Below are positions 20,422 through 31,300 of a DNA stretch of 64,000 nucleotides, piece by piece. The DNA comes from Mesoaciditoga sp. (GTDB taxonomy: Bacteria; Thermotogota; Thermotogae; Mesoaciditogales; Mesoaciditogaceae). Made by a program: the position numbers and the translations under genes. The DNA is taken from positions 3,175 through 67,174 of the forward strand of contig WFYR01000023.1 of NCBI GenBank assembly GCA_015489955.1, in the 5' to 3' direction. Under the pieces are notes generated by a model. It did no database searches. It saw nothing but the letters and a program-made list of their open reading frames with translations, and was not told the origin of the DNA. Each line of letters opens with the position of its first letter. Within the stretch, counting starts at the first letter, position 1.

Positions 20422-21903
20422 TCATCTGTAAGACCAATACGAAGGATCGTCTTTCTTCAAAAAATCAACCCATTCTTTCCACATCAACGGCGAAGTTTTG
20501 TGGGGATGAACTTCGTATAATTTGTCAGCGTAAACGTAAAATTCATGTCTTGACTCAACCAAAAACGCTTTTATTTCCGAAAGGGGCAACGCGTTGTTTC
20601 CAAGTTTTACCGAATCCCTTTTCAGAATGATTTTAACTTCTTTACCATTTACAGATGCCTTATCTTCAATTGGAAGTTTTGAAGTATTTGAAGGATAGAT
20701 TGAATCATGCAATTCTCTCACCTGTTTAACAGTTGGCTTTATCCACGTTTTACCGCATTTTTCACATAAAAATCCTTTTTTGAATGATTTCAAAGACGAA
20801 ATGCTACCACATTCTGGACAACTCCAAAGGTAGCTTTCTATTCCACGATAATCTTTGTAAGTTAAAGAAGGTGGAATGGTATCTTTTAAAATAAAATCGA
20901 AAGCCTTTTTGTACTCTTTGAAATTCACAGCTTTTCCTATAAAAACATCCACGTTTCCCTTTTGAAATTTAGATGCCCATCTTGGCCACATCAAGTGCGC
21001 TCTTTCTATTCTAACGGGCAAGACGGGTACCTTTAAACTTTCAACCAATCTATCCACGCCATTTTTCACTTTTAATGGTCTTCCATCCCAACTTCTTTCA
21101 TTTTCCACAAAAATTCCAACCACGCCGCCCTTTCTCAAGGCTCTCAACATTTTCATAACCGCAGAAGAATCTGCCGTGTAACGCTTAATTGGAAACATTC
21201 CAACTTTGTCTATGAGCCATTTCATACGTTCGTAATGTGCCCAGCTTAAGGGAGCCTTCATGTACACGTTCATTGCGTCCATGATGAAAAACGGATCGAA
21301 ATAGCAATTGTGGTTTGATACCACAAGAAAAGGTGGAGTTGGCACGTTTTCTTTGCCATAAGCTCTAACATCGTAGAAGAATTTTATTAAAAACTTTCCT
21401 ATCATGTAAAGGAATACGAATAAAAATGGAGGATCTTTTGCCTCATCAACACTCCATTTTTTCATTGGAAAGAAAAATGGAGTCATACTCTTGTATTTTT
21501 CAAATTCTTGAAATTTACCCTTTAGTTTTTTCTCTTCAAAAATTATTATCAAGAATAAAATTATGAACTCCCACAAGATCAGTGGAAGGGATAACAAATT
21601 AAAAGATATTGACAGCCCCAAAGTGTAAACAAAGTAACCAAAGTATATTGGGTGACGCGACATAGAATAAGGTCCACATGTAACCAAAAGCTTTGGAGAT
21701 TTTTTTCCAAAAAATGGCAAACCCAATCCAACAATCACCAAATAAGAAGTTGCCAATCCACTCCAAAACAGACCAAATAAAATGAAAAACCACCCCCACC
21801 AATAATGAGGATGGAATGAAGTGTAAATATCAACAACAATTATGCTCACTGTTGGAATTGCTAACCAATACAATACAAACTTCAATGCGATATTTCTTTT
21901 CAT
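20422..21903 (-). CDS. Fusion of PEMT/ICMT-type membrane methyltransferase, PlsC-type acyltransferase and Zn-ribbon
   Basis: GPYSMSRHPIY and EEKKL..F..Y (ICMT/PEMT); NHNCYFD, FPIKR, FVENERSWDG (PlsC); CPEC..CEKC. Confidence 0.8.
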   Translation of the reverse strand: MKRNIALKFVLYWLAIPTVSIIVVDIYTSFHPHYWWGWFFILFGLFWSGLATSYLVIVGLGLPFFGKKSPKLLVTCGPYSMSRHPIYFGYFVYTLGLSISFNLLSLPLILWEFIILFLIIIFEEKKLKGKFQEFEKYKSMTPFFFPMKKWSVDEAKDPPFLFVFLYMIGKFLIKFFYDVRAYGKENVPTPPFLVVSNHNCYFDPFFIMDAMNVYMKAPLSWAHYERMKWLIDKVGMFPIKRYTADSSAVMKMLRALRKGGVVGIFVENERSWDGRPLKVKNGVDRLVESLKVPVLPVRIERAHLMWPRWASKFQKGNVDVFIGKAVNFKEYKKAFDFILKDTIPPSLTYKDYRGIESYLWSCPECGSISSLKSFKKGFLCEKCGKTWIKPTVKQVRELHDSIYPSNTSKLPIEDKASVNGKEVKIILKRDSVKLGNNALPLSEIKAFLVESRHEFYVYADKLYEVHPHKTSPLMWKEWVDFLKKDDPSYWSYR

Positions 21904-21924
21904 TCATGTACACTCTCCCGCTGA

Positions 21925-23550
21925 TCATCTTGTTCCCATATTTCTAAGAATTTGACCTATTTTTGGAAGAAAGTCCTTTTTCCTCGACATAACATTTTTT
22001 AAAGTTAAAGGTTGAGTACCAGAAACTACTGAGTTGAGACAAGCTTGATCTCCATCTACGAAAAGATCACTACCATTTTCGAAGACGTTTGTAAACAGGA
22101 CAAAAAAGCAATCCAACCCCGCGTTCTTTCTGATCTTTTTTATTTCATTTCGTATCTCTTGAGATCTTTTTCTATCGTATTCAAACGATGGGATCATAAC
22201 TTGAGAAATCATGATGTTTTTCCCAAAAAGAACGTATCTTTTAACGTCGCGGCTTAATATTTCTTCAAGGGAAAGCCCTTCTAAGTTCATGCCAGCGTTT
22301 ATAAGATTCATTCCGTAATTTTTAACATCAACTCCAGCGATATCTGCCAAATGTTTAGCCATTTTAACATCAATATCTGTAGTCGTTGATAATCTTAAGA
22401 CCAAAGTGTCAGACAATATGCCACTTAAAAGGGCACCAGCGATCTTCCGAGAAGGTTTTATATTGGAATCAACGAATTTTTTGGATATTATCGTGGAAGT
22501 AGAGCCAACCGGATCGTTCAAAAACTTAACGGGACGAAGCGTGTTAATGGTTCCAAGGCGGTGATGGTCTATTATTTCCAATATTTCAGCCTCTTCAATT
22601 CCATCAACGGCTTGGGAAAATTCGTTGTGATCTAAAAGGATCACAGATTTATGCACTTCTTCCATGAGCGTTGTTCTTGTAACCACACCTAAAAGTTTAT
22701 TTTTTTCATCGACAACGCAAGCGCTTCTGAACTTTGAAGAATACACCAATTCTTTTGCATAACTTATCGTGTCTTCCATATTGATTTTGGGAACATCGCC
22801 GGTCATTATCATCTTTGCTGGAAGTGAGAGATTTATCATCTTTCCCACGCCAAACGCATCAAGTGAAGTCGCAAGCAAAGATGTGTTATGCTGCCTTGCT
22901 TCATGTATTACCCTTTCTCCAACTGGAGCACCATCGGCAACTATGAGAGCGGCTATTCCATGACCTATCAATGCGAGCTGAGCCGGTTCGTTGTCTCCAA
23001 CAACCGCCACGTCTTCATGCGACAACTTTGAAAGCGCCACGTGCAGAGCGTCAACAACTGTATAGACCTTTCCATTCAATTTTTCATGGGCTTTCACAAA
23101 TAGCTTGGCTTTTAAAATTTCTGCCAAAATCTCAAGCTCTATTGGCGCAACACGTAAAGGCTCTATTTTCAGTCTCCGCACGTACGCCTTAGCCAATCCC
23201 CTTTCACTCACAAGTCCCTTAAGCGTTCCTTCTTCATCTACTATTGGAACGTTCTTCACATCGTATTCATCCATTAAGGAAACGATGTTTACAGTTGGAA
23301 CGTCTTCCAAAGCACTAACCACTGGCGGTAATTTCATATCAGAAACCCTTGCTTCAACATCCTCTACAAACAAAGGAGGTTCTATTCCAAAGTAGGAAAG
23401 TGCGTACTTGGTTTCTGAATTTATCTCTCCACATCTGGCGGCGGCATATTTGCCTTTTTCAAAATGGTTGAGAAAATCTTCGTAACCTATTGCGCTACAA
23501 ATACTATCCGTGTCTGGATTTTTGTGACCTATTATCAGTACTTTAGACGT
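21925..23550 (-). CDS. ppaC: Family II Mn-dependent pyrophosphatase with CBS-DRTGG-CBS insert; ACG start
   Basis: Frame extends upstream to (M)[18 protein letters not shown]; [27 protein letters not shown]. Confidence 0.92.
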   Translation of the reverse strand, partial: TSKVLIIGHKNPDTDSICSAIGYEDFLNHFEKGKYAAARCGEINSETKYALSYFGIEPPLFVEDVEARVSDMKLPPVVSALEDVPTVNIVSLMDEYDVKNVPIVDEEGTLKGLVSERGLAKAYVRRLKIEPLRVAPIELEILAEILKAKLFVKAHEKLNGKVYTVVDALHVALSKLSHEDVAVVGDNEPAQLALIGHGIAALIVADGAPVGERVIHEARQHNTSLLATSLDAFGVGKMINLSLPAKMIMTGDVPKINMEDTISYAKELVYSSKFRSACVVDEKNKLLGVVTRTTLMEEVHKSVILLDHNEFSQAVDGIEEAEILEIIDHHRLGTINTLRPVKFLNDPVGSTSTIISKKFVDSNIKPSRKIAGALLSGILSDTLVLRLSTTTDIDVKMAKHLADIAGVDVKNYGMNLINAGMNLEGLSLEEILSRDVKRYVLFGKNIMISQVMIPSFEYDRKRSQEIRNEIKKIRKNAGLDCFFVLFTNVFENGSDLFVDGDQACLNSVVSGTQPLTLKNVMSRKKDFLPKIGQILRNMGTR

Positions 23551-25396
23551 TTTTAACTCCCCCCTTTAGATGTGTCTCTAAGAGTAGCAAATCAGTTGGA
23601 GTTACACCCTGAATTTTTGAAGCCTCTCCCAAATCTTTTGGCCTATTTTTCATCAGCTTTTGCCTCGATTCAGTTGAAAGGCCTATCACTTTCATGTAAT
23701 CAAAATTATCTGGTATCTTTATCCTTTCAAGTTTTTGAAGTTTTTTAACGCTTTCCAATTCTTTTTGGATGTAACCGCCGTACTTTGCTTCTATTTCCAA
23801 TTCCTTTATCACCTCAAAATCTTCAAGAGGCTCCGAATCGTACTTCTTCACGTCTGAATAAGTTACATTTGGAGCACGAAGCATTGTAAGAAGTGAAATG
23901 TTTTTATCTGTTTTCAACTTTTTCCTCAGTTCTTGTGGAACTTTCATACGAATTTTTTCAAGTCGTTTCAAAGATCTTCTGACTTCTTGCTCAATTCGCA
24001 GAGTTCTTTCGTAAAAATCTCTGTTAACCATCCCAACTCGATAACCGTATTTTGCCAGCCTTAAATGGGCATTGTCGTCTCTTAACAACAATCTGTATTC
24101 TGCGCGGGAAGTAAGCATCCTATACGGTTCATCCACACCCTTAGAAGTTATATCATCTATCAACACACCAATATAAGCTTCATATCTCTTTAACACTATT
24201 TGTTCTTCTCCACGTAGCTTTAGTCCCACATTTATGCCAGCCATAATTCCCTGACCTGCCGCTTCTTCATAACCACTTGTTCCGTTAATTTGTCCAGCAA
24301 AATAAAGATTTTCAATCACTTTTGATTCAAGTGTTGGATATAATTGGGTTGGATCTGCAAAATCGTATTCCACAGCGTAAGCTGGCCTTACGATTTTCGC
24401 GTGTTCCAAACCCTTCAAAGTATGAAGCATTTCAACTTGCGCGTCGTAAGGTAAAGACGTGCTAAAGCCATTTAGATAGTATTCCAATGTGTTTTTGCCT
24501 TCTGGTTCTACGAAAAGTTGGTGTGAATCTCTATCTGGAAATTTTACGACTTTGTCTTCTATTGAAGGACAGTATCTTGGTCCTACCGAATGGATAAGCT
24601 TGATTTCTCCGTACATGGGGGAGAACTTCAAATTTTCTCTTATTATATCGTGAGTCCTTGGATTCGTCCTTGTTATGTAACAAGGATAATCTTTTGGTAA
24701 AACAACGGGCTCATCTCTGTAAGAAAAGGCCAACGGTTCATCCCAGGTATCTTGTCTTTCAAGAACAGAAAAATCTATAGAAGATTTCAGAATTCTTGGT
24801 GGAGTACCTGTTTTGAATCTTGATATCTTTATTCCAAGAGAAGTAAGATTTTCGGTAAGTCCCTCAGCGGGAGGTTCTCCCATTCTTCCAGCCGGAATTG
24901 ACTTGGGCCCTATAAATATTTTTCCACCAAGAAAAGTGCCTGTTGTCAGTATAACGGCCTTACACTCGTATTTTATGCCAATGGCAGTTTCAACTCCAAC
25001 CACCTTTCCACTCTTGACTAAAATCTTAGCAACTGTACCCTGTCGAAGGGTCAAATTCTTCTGCTCCAGCACAATTTTTTTTGCTGTAAGAGAATATTCG
25101 TACTTGTCCACTTGTGCGCGTAAAGCACGGACAGCAGGTCCTTTAGAAGTGTTTAATACTCTCACGTTTATCATAGAACTGTCCGTTATACGTGCCATTT
25201 CGCCGCCTAAAGCATCAACTTCGCGGGCAATTTGTCCCTTCGCTGGCCCTCCAATTGCGGGATTACATGGTGTCCATGCCAACGTGTCTAAATTTATACC
25301 GAAAAGTATCGTTTTCAGTCCTTGACGCGCTGTTGCCAGTGCAGCCTCCACCCCCGCATGGCCCGCTCCAACAACCGCTACATCATATTTTTCCAT
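23543..25396 (-). CDS. mnmG: tRNA uridine-5-carboxymethylaminomethyl modification enzyme
   Basis: [53 protein letters not shown]. Confidence 0.97.
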   Translation of the reverse strand: MEKYDVAVVGAGHAGVEAALATARQGLKTILFGINLDTLAWTPCNPAIGGPAKGQIAREVDALGGEMARITDSSMINVRVLNTSKGPAVRALRAQVDKYEYSLTAKKIVLEQKNLTLRQGTVAKILVKSGKVVGVETAIGIKYECKAVILTTGTFLGGKIFIGPKSIPAGRMGEPPAEGLTENLTSLGIKISRFKTGTPPRILKSSIDFSVLERQDTWDEPLAFSYRDEPVVLPKDYPCYITRTNPRTHDIIRENLKFSPMYGEIKLIHSVGPRYCPSIEDKVVKFPDRDSHQLFVEPEGKNTLEYYLNGFSTSLPYDAQVEMLHTLKGLEHAKIVRPAYAVEYDFADPTQLYPTLESKVIENLYFAGQINGTSGYEEAAGQGIMAGINVGLKLRGEEQIVLKRYEAYIGVLIDDITSKGVDEPYRMLTSRAEYRLLLRDDNAHLRLAKYGYRVGMVNRDFYERTLRIEQEVRRSLKRLEKIRMKVPQELRKKLKTDKNISLLTMLRAPNVTYSDVKKYDSEPLEDFEVIKELEIEAKYGGYIQKELESVKKLQKLERIKIPDNFDYMKVIGLSTESRQKLMKNRPKDLGEASKIQGVTPTDLLLLETHLKGGVKNV

Positions 25397-25507
25397 CTTA
25401 ATCACCCTTCATCTCTTACAATCCTTTTGCATATATTTCTTACCATCTTTTTCATACACCGGCTTGTTCAAAAAGCGTGGAAGATAAATTCACTTTTTTG
25501 TAAAAAC

Positions 25508-25536
25508 TTGACACTTTAGTTAAAAAGTGGTAATAT
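25508..25536 (+). promoter_or_regulatory. Sigma-A promoter pointing antisense into tRNA-Ile2
   Basis: TTGACA-17 nt-TAATAT with extended TG. Confidence 0.7.
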
Positions 25537-25546
25537 AAAAAATAGC

Positions 25547-25570
25547 AAAAAGGCGGTGTTCATCACCGCC
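25547..25570 (-). terminator. Terminator of the tRNA-Ile2 transcript
   Basis: GGCGGTG-ATGAA-CACCGCC-TTTTT on the minus strand. Confidence 0.75.
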
Positions 25571-25587
25571 ACCATTTCTTAGGTCCC

Positions 25588-25663
25588 TGGTGGGCTCAGG
25601 TGGACTCGAACCACCGGCCGCCCGGTTATGAGCCGGGAGCTCTACCAACTGAGCTATGAGCCC
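25588..25663 (-). tRNA. tRNA with CAT anticodon, probably tRNA-Ile2
   Basis: Cloverleaf GGGCTCA..CCCGG-CT-CAT-AA-CCGGG..TGAGCCC-A-CCA; paired G1-C72 (not fMet) and a GGGC acceptor start typical of Ile2. Confidence 0.88.
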
Positions 25664-25675
25664 AAAGACGTTTAG

Positions 25676-25704
25676 ATTATAAACTAATTAGCCGTCTATG
25701 TCAA
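25676..25704 (-). promoter_or_regulatory. Sigma-A promoter of tRNA-Ile2
   Basis: Perfect TTGACA-17 nt-TATAAT. Confidence 0.85.
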
Positions 25705-25742
25705 GATGGGATGCGCAGGAAAAAGTGAGGTGATTGGAAACA

Positions 25743-25904
25743 ATGGTTTACAAATCTGATCCAGTGAGAACCCTTCTTTCCAAGTATCCCAGATTGGTTA
25801 TAATAAAGGCTGCATTTTATTTACTTAAAGAACACGAAGAAATAAATGTATCTACGTTGGAAAGAACGATACAAGAAGAATTTGAAAGATGTGAAAGCGG
25901 CTGA
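25743..25904 (+). CDS. Small hypothetical protein (53 aa), absent from the ORF track
   Basis: GAGGTG SD then ATG; MVYKSDPVRTLLSKYPRLVIIKAAFYLLKEHEEINVSTLERTIQEEFERCESG. Confidence 0.6.
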   Translation: MVYKSDPVRTLLSKYPRLVIIKAAFYLLKEHEEINVSTLERTIQEEFERCESG

Positions 25905-25966
25905 ATAAAAAAAGACAAACAAGTATCTAAGCTAAAGTGAAGGTAACGTGAAAATAAGCGTTACCT

Positions 25967-26830
25967 TCAATCTTTTTCGGCTTTCAAATGTGTCAGGATG
26001 GCAGAGATTATTATCAGCGAAAAGCCCACTATTTGGACTTTTGAAAAATGATCTTTTAAAAGTAAATATGAAAAGACCGCTGCTGAAATCGGTTCTCCGG
26101 CATAGATAAAAGCCGATGGAACGGTGCCAACGTTCTTTTGATACTTCATCTGCATGATCAACGCCAAAAAGCTTGCAAAAAAAGATATGAAAAGGATCAA
26201 CGTTACGTCGTTTAGATGCCATGAATCTTTTGAAAAATTGACGATGTAAAATGGAAGGTTTGCCAGAGTAATAAAACCCATTTGAAAGAAAGTAAGAGCT
26301 ATGTACTTTTCTTCCAATTTTCGCGTGACTCCTGTGGTAAGAACCACATGAATGGCAAACGCAACTGCACAACCAATTGTCATAAGATCTCCTGTATTTA
26401 GTCGAAAAGCATTACCATTCATCTCAGAAAGATATATTCCCAAGCTCGCCATTCCCAGAGAAAAAAAGACTGAAAAATTCAAACGAGTCTTTTCTATAAC
26501 AAGAGAAAAAAACGGAATGAGCACTATGTAAAGTGCCGTGATAAAACCGCTCTTTGATGAAGTCGTGTAGGTTAGTCCCCAGGTTTGAAGAATGTACGCC
26601 ACTGAAATGAAAGTGCCAAGAAGCGTTCCTTCTTTCCACACGAATTTCAAATCACTTTTTATCTTTGGAAAGAATAAAAAAAGTATGAACAAATCTGCAA
26701 GAAGAAATCTGTAAAAATTAAGTGTGAAAGGAGAAAGATGTACGAGAACCATCTTTTCAAATGGAAAAGTTGCTCCCCATATTGTTACAAGTACACTTAA
26801 CATTAAAGTGCTTTTTGATTTGATAGTCAT
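25967..26830 (-). CDS. EamA/DMT family transporter
   Basis: IWGATF, LQTWGL.YTTSSKSGFIT, GDL, EPI; about 10 TM segments. Confidence 0.88.
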   Translation of the reverse strand: MTIKSKSTLMLSVLVTIWGATFPFEKMVLVHLSPFTLNFYRFLLADLFILFLFFPKIKSDLKFVWKEGTLLGTFISVAYILQTWGLTYTTSSKSGFITALYIVLIPFFSLVIEKTRLNFSVFFSLGMASLGIYLSEMNGNAFRLNTGDLMTIGCAVAFAIHVVLTTGVTRKLEEKYIALTFFQMGFITLANLPFYIVNFSKDSWHLNDVTLILFISFFASFLALIMQMKYQKNVGTVPSAFIYAGEPISAAVFSYLLLKDHFSKVQIVGFSLIIISAILTHLKAEKD

Positions 26831-26842
26831 TTAATTCCCCTT

Positions 26843-27505
26843 TTAGACTTTCGCGAGTACGTAGACCCAAACACTGGAGGCTCCACTTATCTTAAGTACT
26901 CTGGCACACTCGTTTAAAGTTGCCCCCGTCGTAAAAACGTCATCTATAAGCACTACATTTCCGGACGTTTTGTAGAGTTCATCGTCTAAAACGCCATACT
27001 TTCCAAAAACGATTTCTTTTCTTTTCTCTTTTGAAAGGCCAACTTGGTATTTTCTTTGCTTTTTTACTTCTAACAAAGTACGAAACGACACTCCACTTTT
27101 AATGGATACCTTTTTGGCTATCGTTTTCATGTGATCAAAGCCCTTTTCTTTAAGAGATTTAAAAGTCGGTGGGACGTAAGTTAAAACCGAGTTTTTCGGT
27201 GGAGGAAATACATCTAAAACTTCCATGAATTTATCTGCAAGAAAAGTGGACAAACTCCAACGAGCAGAGAATTTGTAAACTTTTACTATTTCTCCCATCA
27301 CACCATCGTACGGTGCTCTAAAGAACATTGCATCGAAAAACCATTTTTTACTTTCTTCTCTTACGTAAGGAACCGCTCCTATTTTTCTTGCACACTCTTT
27401 ACATATCACTTCACCTTTTTCCAACGTTTTGCCGCACAAAGGGCATCTTCTTGGAAAAAAAGTGTTCGCAATTTCACTTAAAAAATCTGCTTTTAACACA
27501 CGCAC
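26843..27505 (-). CDS. comF: ComF family competence protein
   Basis: FPRRCPLC..C..C double Zn ribbon; KGFD, LIDDVFTTGAT PRTase motif. Confidence 0.9.
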   Translation of the reverse strand: MRVLKADFLSEIANTFFPRRCPLCGKTLEKGEVICKECARKIGAVPYVREESKKWFFDAMFFRAPYDGVMGEIVKVYKFSARWSLSTFLADKFMEVLDVFPPPKNSVLTYVPPTFKSLKEKGFDHMKTIAKKVSIKSGVSFRTLLEVKKQRKYQVGLSKEKRKEIVFGKYGVLDDELYKTSGNVVLIDDVFTTGATLNECARVLKISGASSVWVYVLAKV

Positions 27506-28323
27506 GCCGCCATGTAACCCACTTCGCTATCGTAATCTCCACTCACTTCCCCACTAGTTGAATGATTTAAAATTTCAACCTTTCCCACCTTTAAATTCAA
27601 CAAAGTAGCTACGGCTCCATAACCACACATGGTTATCCCATTTTTTGTTATAACCTCGTAAAGTAGTTCGACGTTTCTTTTGGAAATCGCGTCCATAACC
27701 ATTTTATCTTTGATAAGAGTTTCTTCATGATTCTCGTAATGATTTAAATCTGTAGATGCCACAACCCAAAACCTTCTGTTCTTCAAAACTTCACTTAAAG
27801 CGTTTGAAAGTTTACTCATGCTTTCTTTTCTTTGATCTCCTAAACAGATGGGGAGAAGCTGAAAGCCTGTTCCAAGTGTGAATTGAAGAAAAGGAATTTG
27901 TACTTCTATGGAATGTTCCAGAATATGGCCATCGTAATCTAACGAAGCCATATTGAACTCGTTTACAAGCGAATGAGCGGCTTCTTCATCAACGCGTACC
28001 CTGCCCAAGGGGGTGATCCATTCACCCATTGGCCAAATGGAAATAGGTTTTCCCAAACCGCTATGATTTGGCCCAAGCACGACTACCACATCTGGCTTGC
28101 CGTACTTCGAAGCTTTCATGTAGGCATGAGCCGCAACAGAACCGGAATACACGTAGCCCGCATGAGGAACGATAAGCCCAACATTTTTTTCAAATCCGTC
28201 CGGATCGGGTAAAGCTCCCGGTCCTCTTTTGGAAAGGAAAAGCTCTCTTATGTAATCTCTCAATTCTTCCGGATCGTCCGGATAAAAGCTTCCCGCAGCA
28301 ACCGGTTTCCTTTCCACAATCAT
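27493..28323 (-). CDS. MEMO1 / AmmeMemoRadiSam system protein B
   Basis: AGSFYP, PHAGYVYSG, LGPNH, EHSIEVQ.PF, STDLNHY, MCG. Confidence 0.9.
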   Translation of the reverse strand: MIVERKPVAAGSFYPDDPEELRDYIRELFLSKRGPGALPDPDGFEKNVGLIVPHAGYVYSGSVAAHAYMKASKYGKPDVVVVLGPNHSGLGKPISIWPMGEWITPLGRVRVDEEAAHSLVNEFNMASLDYDGHILEHSIEVQIPFLQFTLGTGFQLLPICLGDQRKESMSKLSNALSEVLKNRRFWVVASTDLNHYENHEETLIKDKMVMDAISKRNVELLYEVITKNGITMCGYGAVATLLNLKVGKVEILNHSTSGEVSGDYDSEVGYMAACVC

Positions 28324-31300
28324 CCCTCCACTTTAGCGGTTATAAATATATCTAAATTGGAAGAGGTATCCTGAAACGACGTAGTTCTGAAGAATTGTCC
28401 TATGAAAGGTAAGTCTCCAAGAAATGGGATTTTCGTCACGTTTTCCGATCTCGAATGTTTCACAAGCCCACCTATCATCAAAGTTTGTCCATTAGAAACA
28501 ACAACTTTCATGGAAGCGCTTCTCGTATTAACGGCAGGTATCCCATTCACCGCGTGTCCCCAATCCGCATCGCTCACTTCAATCGTTACGGTCAAAAGTA
28601 TCTTCTTATCGGGTAAAATGACGGGCGTAATGTTCAACTGTATACCGGTATCCAAAAATTTCAATTGTTGCTGTTGCTGGCCATTTACGGAGGTAGTTAC
28701 CACGTAAGGATATTTTGAACCTATGAGTATGTTGGCGGGTTCTCCGCTTTGGGTTGTCACAACAGGCGCGGAAAGTACTGAAGCACTACCGGTAGATTTG
28801 GAAAAATCTCCCGTTACAGTGGCATTGGACGAGACCATTTGATCGGAAAAAGTCGTTAAGAATTTTGGAAGGTTAGAAAGGTCTATAACTTTAAGATGAA
28901 GCGTTAAGCCGTTATCAAATATGAGCTGAGGAGTCATAAAGTCACTCCTGAAATTAGCTTGCGTGTTTTTGCTTGAGCTAACGTCCATTATCTTCGCTTC
29001 TATTTCAACATCTTTTCTTGCAGATAGCAAGGGCTTTACCATGGAATCCAGTTCTTTCGCTGCACTTGGCGTGAGATCGCTTACAACAATCATACCTCTT
29101 TTTTCGTCTACAAAAACCTTTCCACCCACGAATGAAGCCATATTCTTTACGGCGTTAACATCATCGCTTGACATGTATACTCTCGTTATCCCAGCCGAAC
29201 TACTTTCCACGATCACCACACTCGTACCTGTAAAAGTGAGTTTGTACGCGTTTTCAACGGCGCTTTCGAATTGCTCCAATGAAATATTTGAAAGCTTTAA
29301 GCTTACGTTGGGTAAAGCGTTAACTGCAAATACCACGTTCTTGCCAAAACCATTGTAAACTCTTTCTATGAGTGTAGAAAGCGGGTAATCTTTCACATCA
29401 CAGCTCAACATGCCATTCCTAATGTCAACCATTTGGACTGGAGAGGATGGCGTCGTAACCGTGTAAATCTTATTTGATCTGTTAGAAATAACCAATCCTG
29501 TTGTTTTTAAAAGTTCAATTGTGTTGTTAACGTTTGAAGCAGGACCTGATATACCAATTAACACAACGGTTGAAGTCGTTGAAGGGGCGCTTGGTCCGAA
29601 AAAAGTGAGACCCTTGGATTTGATTACACCTTTTACAGTTTCATAATCCGAACCTGCAATCTTAACGAATTTAGTTTCATTTAAACCCATTTTCTCCTTA
29701 ACGTTGCCGCTTTTCTTTGAATGAGAAAGAATGAATTCAGACGCGCTGTTTATGGCTTTGGAACTCAAGCCGTAAATCGCGAATTCCTTAAGAGATTTAA
29801 AATACTTCGCATTCAAATTTTGATATTTTATTTTCAACAATTCCAGCATATCGTTTGCGCTCTTTTCATTTGACCAGGGAACCTCTTTCAAAAAGAGAGT
29901 TTCGTTTTTATTTGTTAGCTTTTCCGATGGAGTTTTTCCCGATATTAGATGAGAATTTTTTAAAGAATTAACGAATTTTTCCACTTCGGTACTTGGACCA
30001 CTCACAACGTAAGGCACGCTTTCAGAGGTTCCAACCTGAGTACCAGTTCCAAAAAGGGTGGGAAATTCGTTTTTCAACAAAGCGTTAACAGTAGAAAGAT
30101 TTTTAGAAGAGACATTTACCGTTATCGTGCTTTTCTTCACGCTTACGGTTTGAAGTGGCCTTCTATTTCTAACGAAATCCACGCATTCATCCACTTCTTT
30201 TTCATTTCGACCGTAAAAAAGAATCTGACCGAAAGATGGGAAATAAACGGCTTTCACACTTGGATGCATTATCTCAACCATATTTATAAGATCTTTAACT
30301 GAATCATTATCCGTCCATGTGGCAAAATTAAAATGCATCGGCTGCGTTTCTACCGTGGTGAGCGTGCTCGCAATGAGTTTAACGCTTCTTTCAAAAGCCT
30401 CCACCTGTTTTTGTGGGCCAGTTACGATGTAAACGCTATTCGAAGAGTTGGATGAAGGCGTGCCGTACGCCGTAATCGCCGTAATCGCTTTTGAATATTG
30501 TAGAAAGGCTGGTACGTTTGAATTAGGCACGTTGAACGTTACAGAAACTTTTGGACCACTTTCAGATAAAATTTGTTCGTATTTCTCTACAACATTCTTT
30601 GCCCTTTCTAAATCCGTTTTGTTTCCAGTCATAACTATAGTTGAAAAAGCCGGAAGGTACATGAATTTAACTGTGGGATACATAGTAGTTACCAATTTTT
30701 GAAGATCTGGTTCCGCCTTTTGGTTTGCCCAGGCAACGGTCGAAAAGTTCATTCCTTCTTTCAGAAAATTCATCAAACTTTCTATAGTCTTTTGTTGTTC
30801 CGCAGTAGCCTTAACTATAGCGTACGATCCTATGTATCCAATAACTCTGTTACTTCCAAAAAGATTCGTAACAAGTGAGGTAAACATCTTTGAAGAAACA
30901 TTCGTCGTTGAAAGATCGTAAAAGCTTACTATGTTGTTGTAAGTTCCAACGCCAAGCTTACCAACATTCTCAACTAACTTATCTATTGGTGCTATGTAAT
31001 AGGTACCATCAGGCAGTATGGCGTAACCTATCCCCGGTAAAGATATCAAAATGTCGTAAAACGCCTCAGCGGGCGTAACCTTGCTCAAGGTAACGTTTAC
31101 GCTTTGATTGGCAACTTGAGGATCTATTATCAAATTCCTTCCCAGGAGTCTGGCCAGATATTTTATGGCAAGATCAAGTGTGGAGCCTTTTTTACCTGAA
31201 AAATCTATCGATATCTTTGTTGCCGCGCCGCTTATGGCGAGCTTTTGAGAGATTCCCAGCGTTACAAAACTCACGATAACAGAGTGAACACCCGTTTTCT

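Noticed and set aside
25588-25663. CAT-anticodon tRNA as initiator tRNA-fMet
   Set aside because: It has a paired G1-C72 and lacks the three consecutive G-C pairs of the initiator anticodon stem; elongator Met cannot be fully excluded
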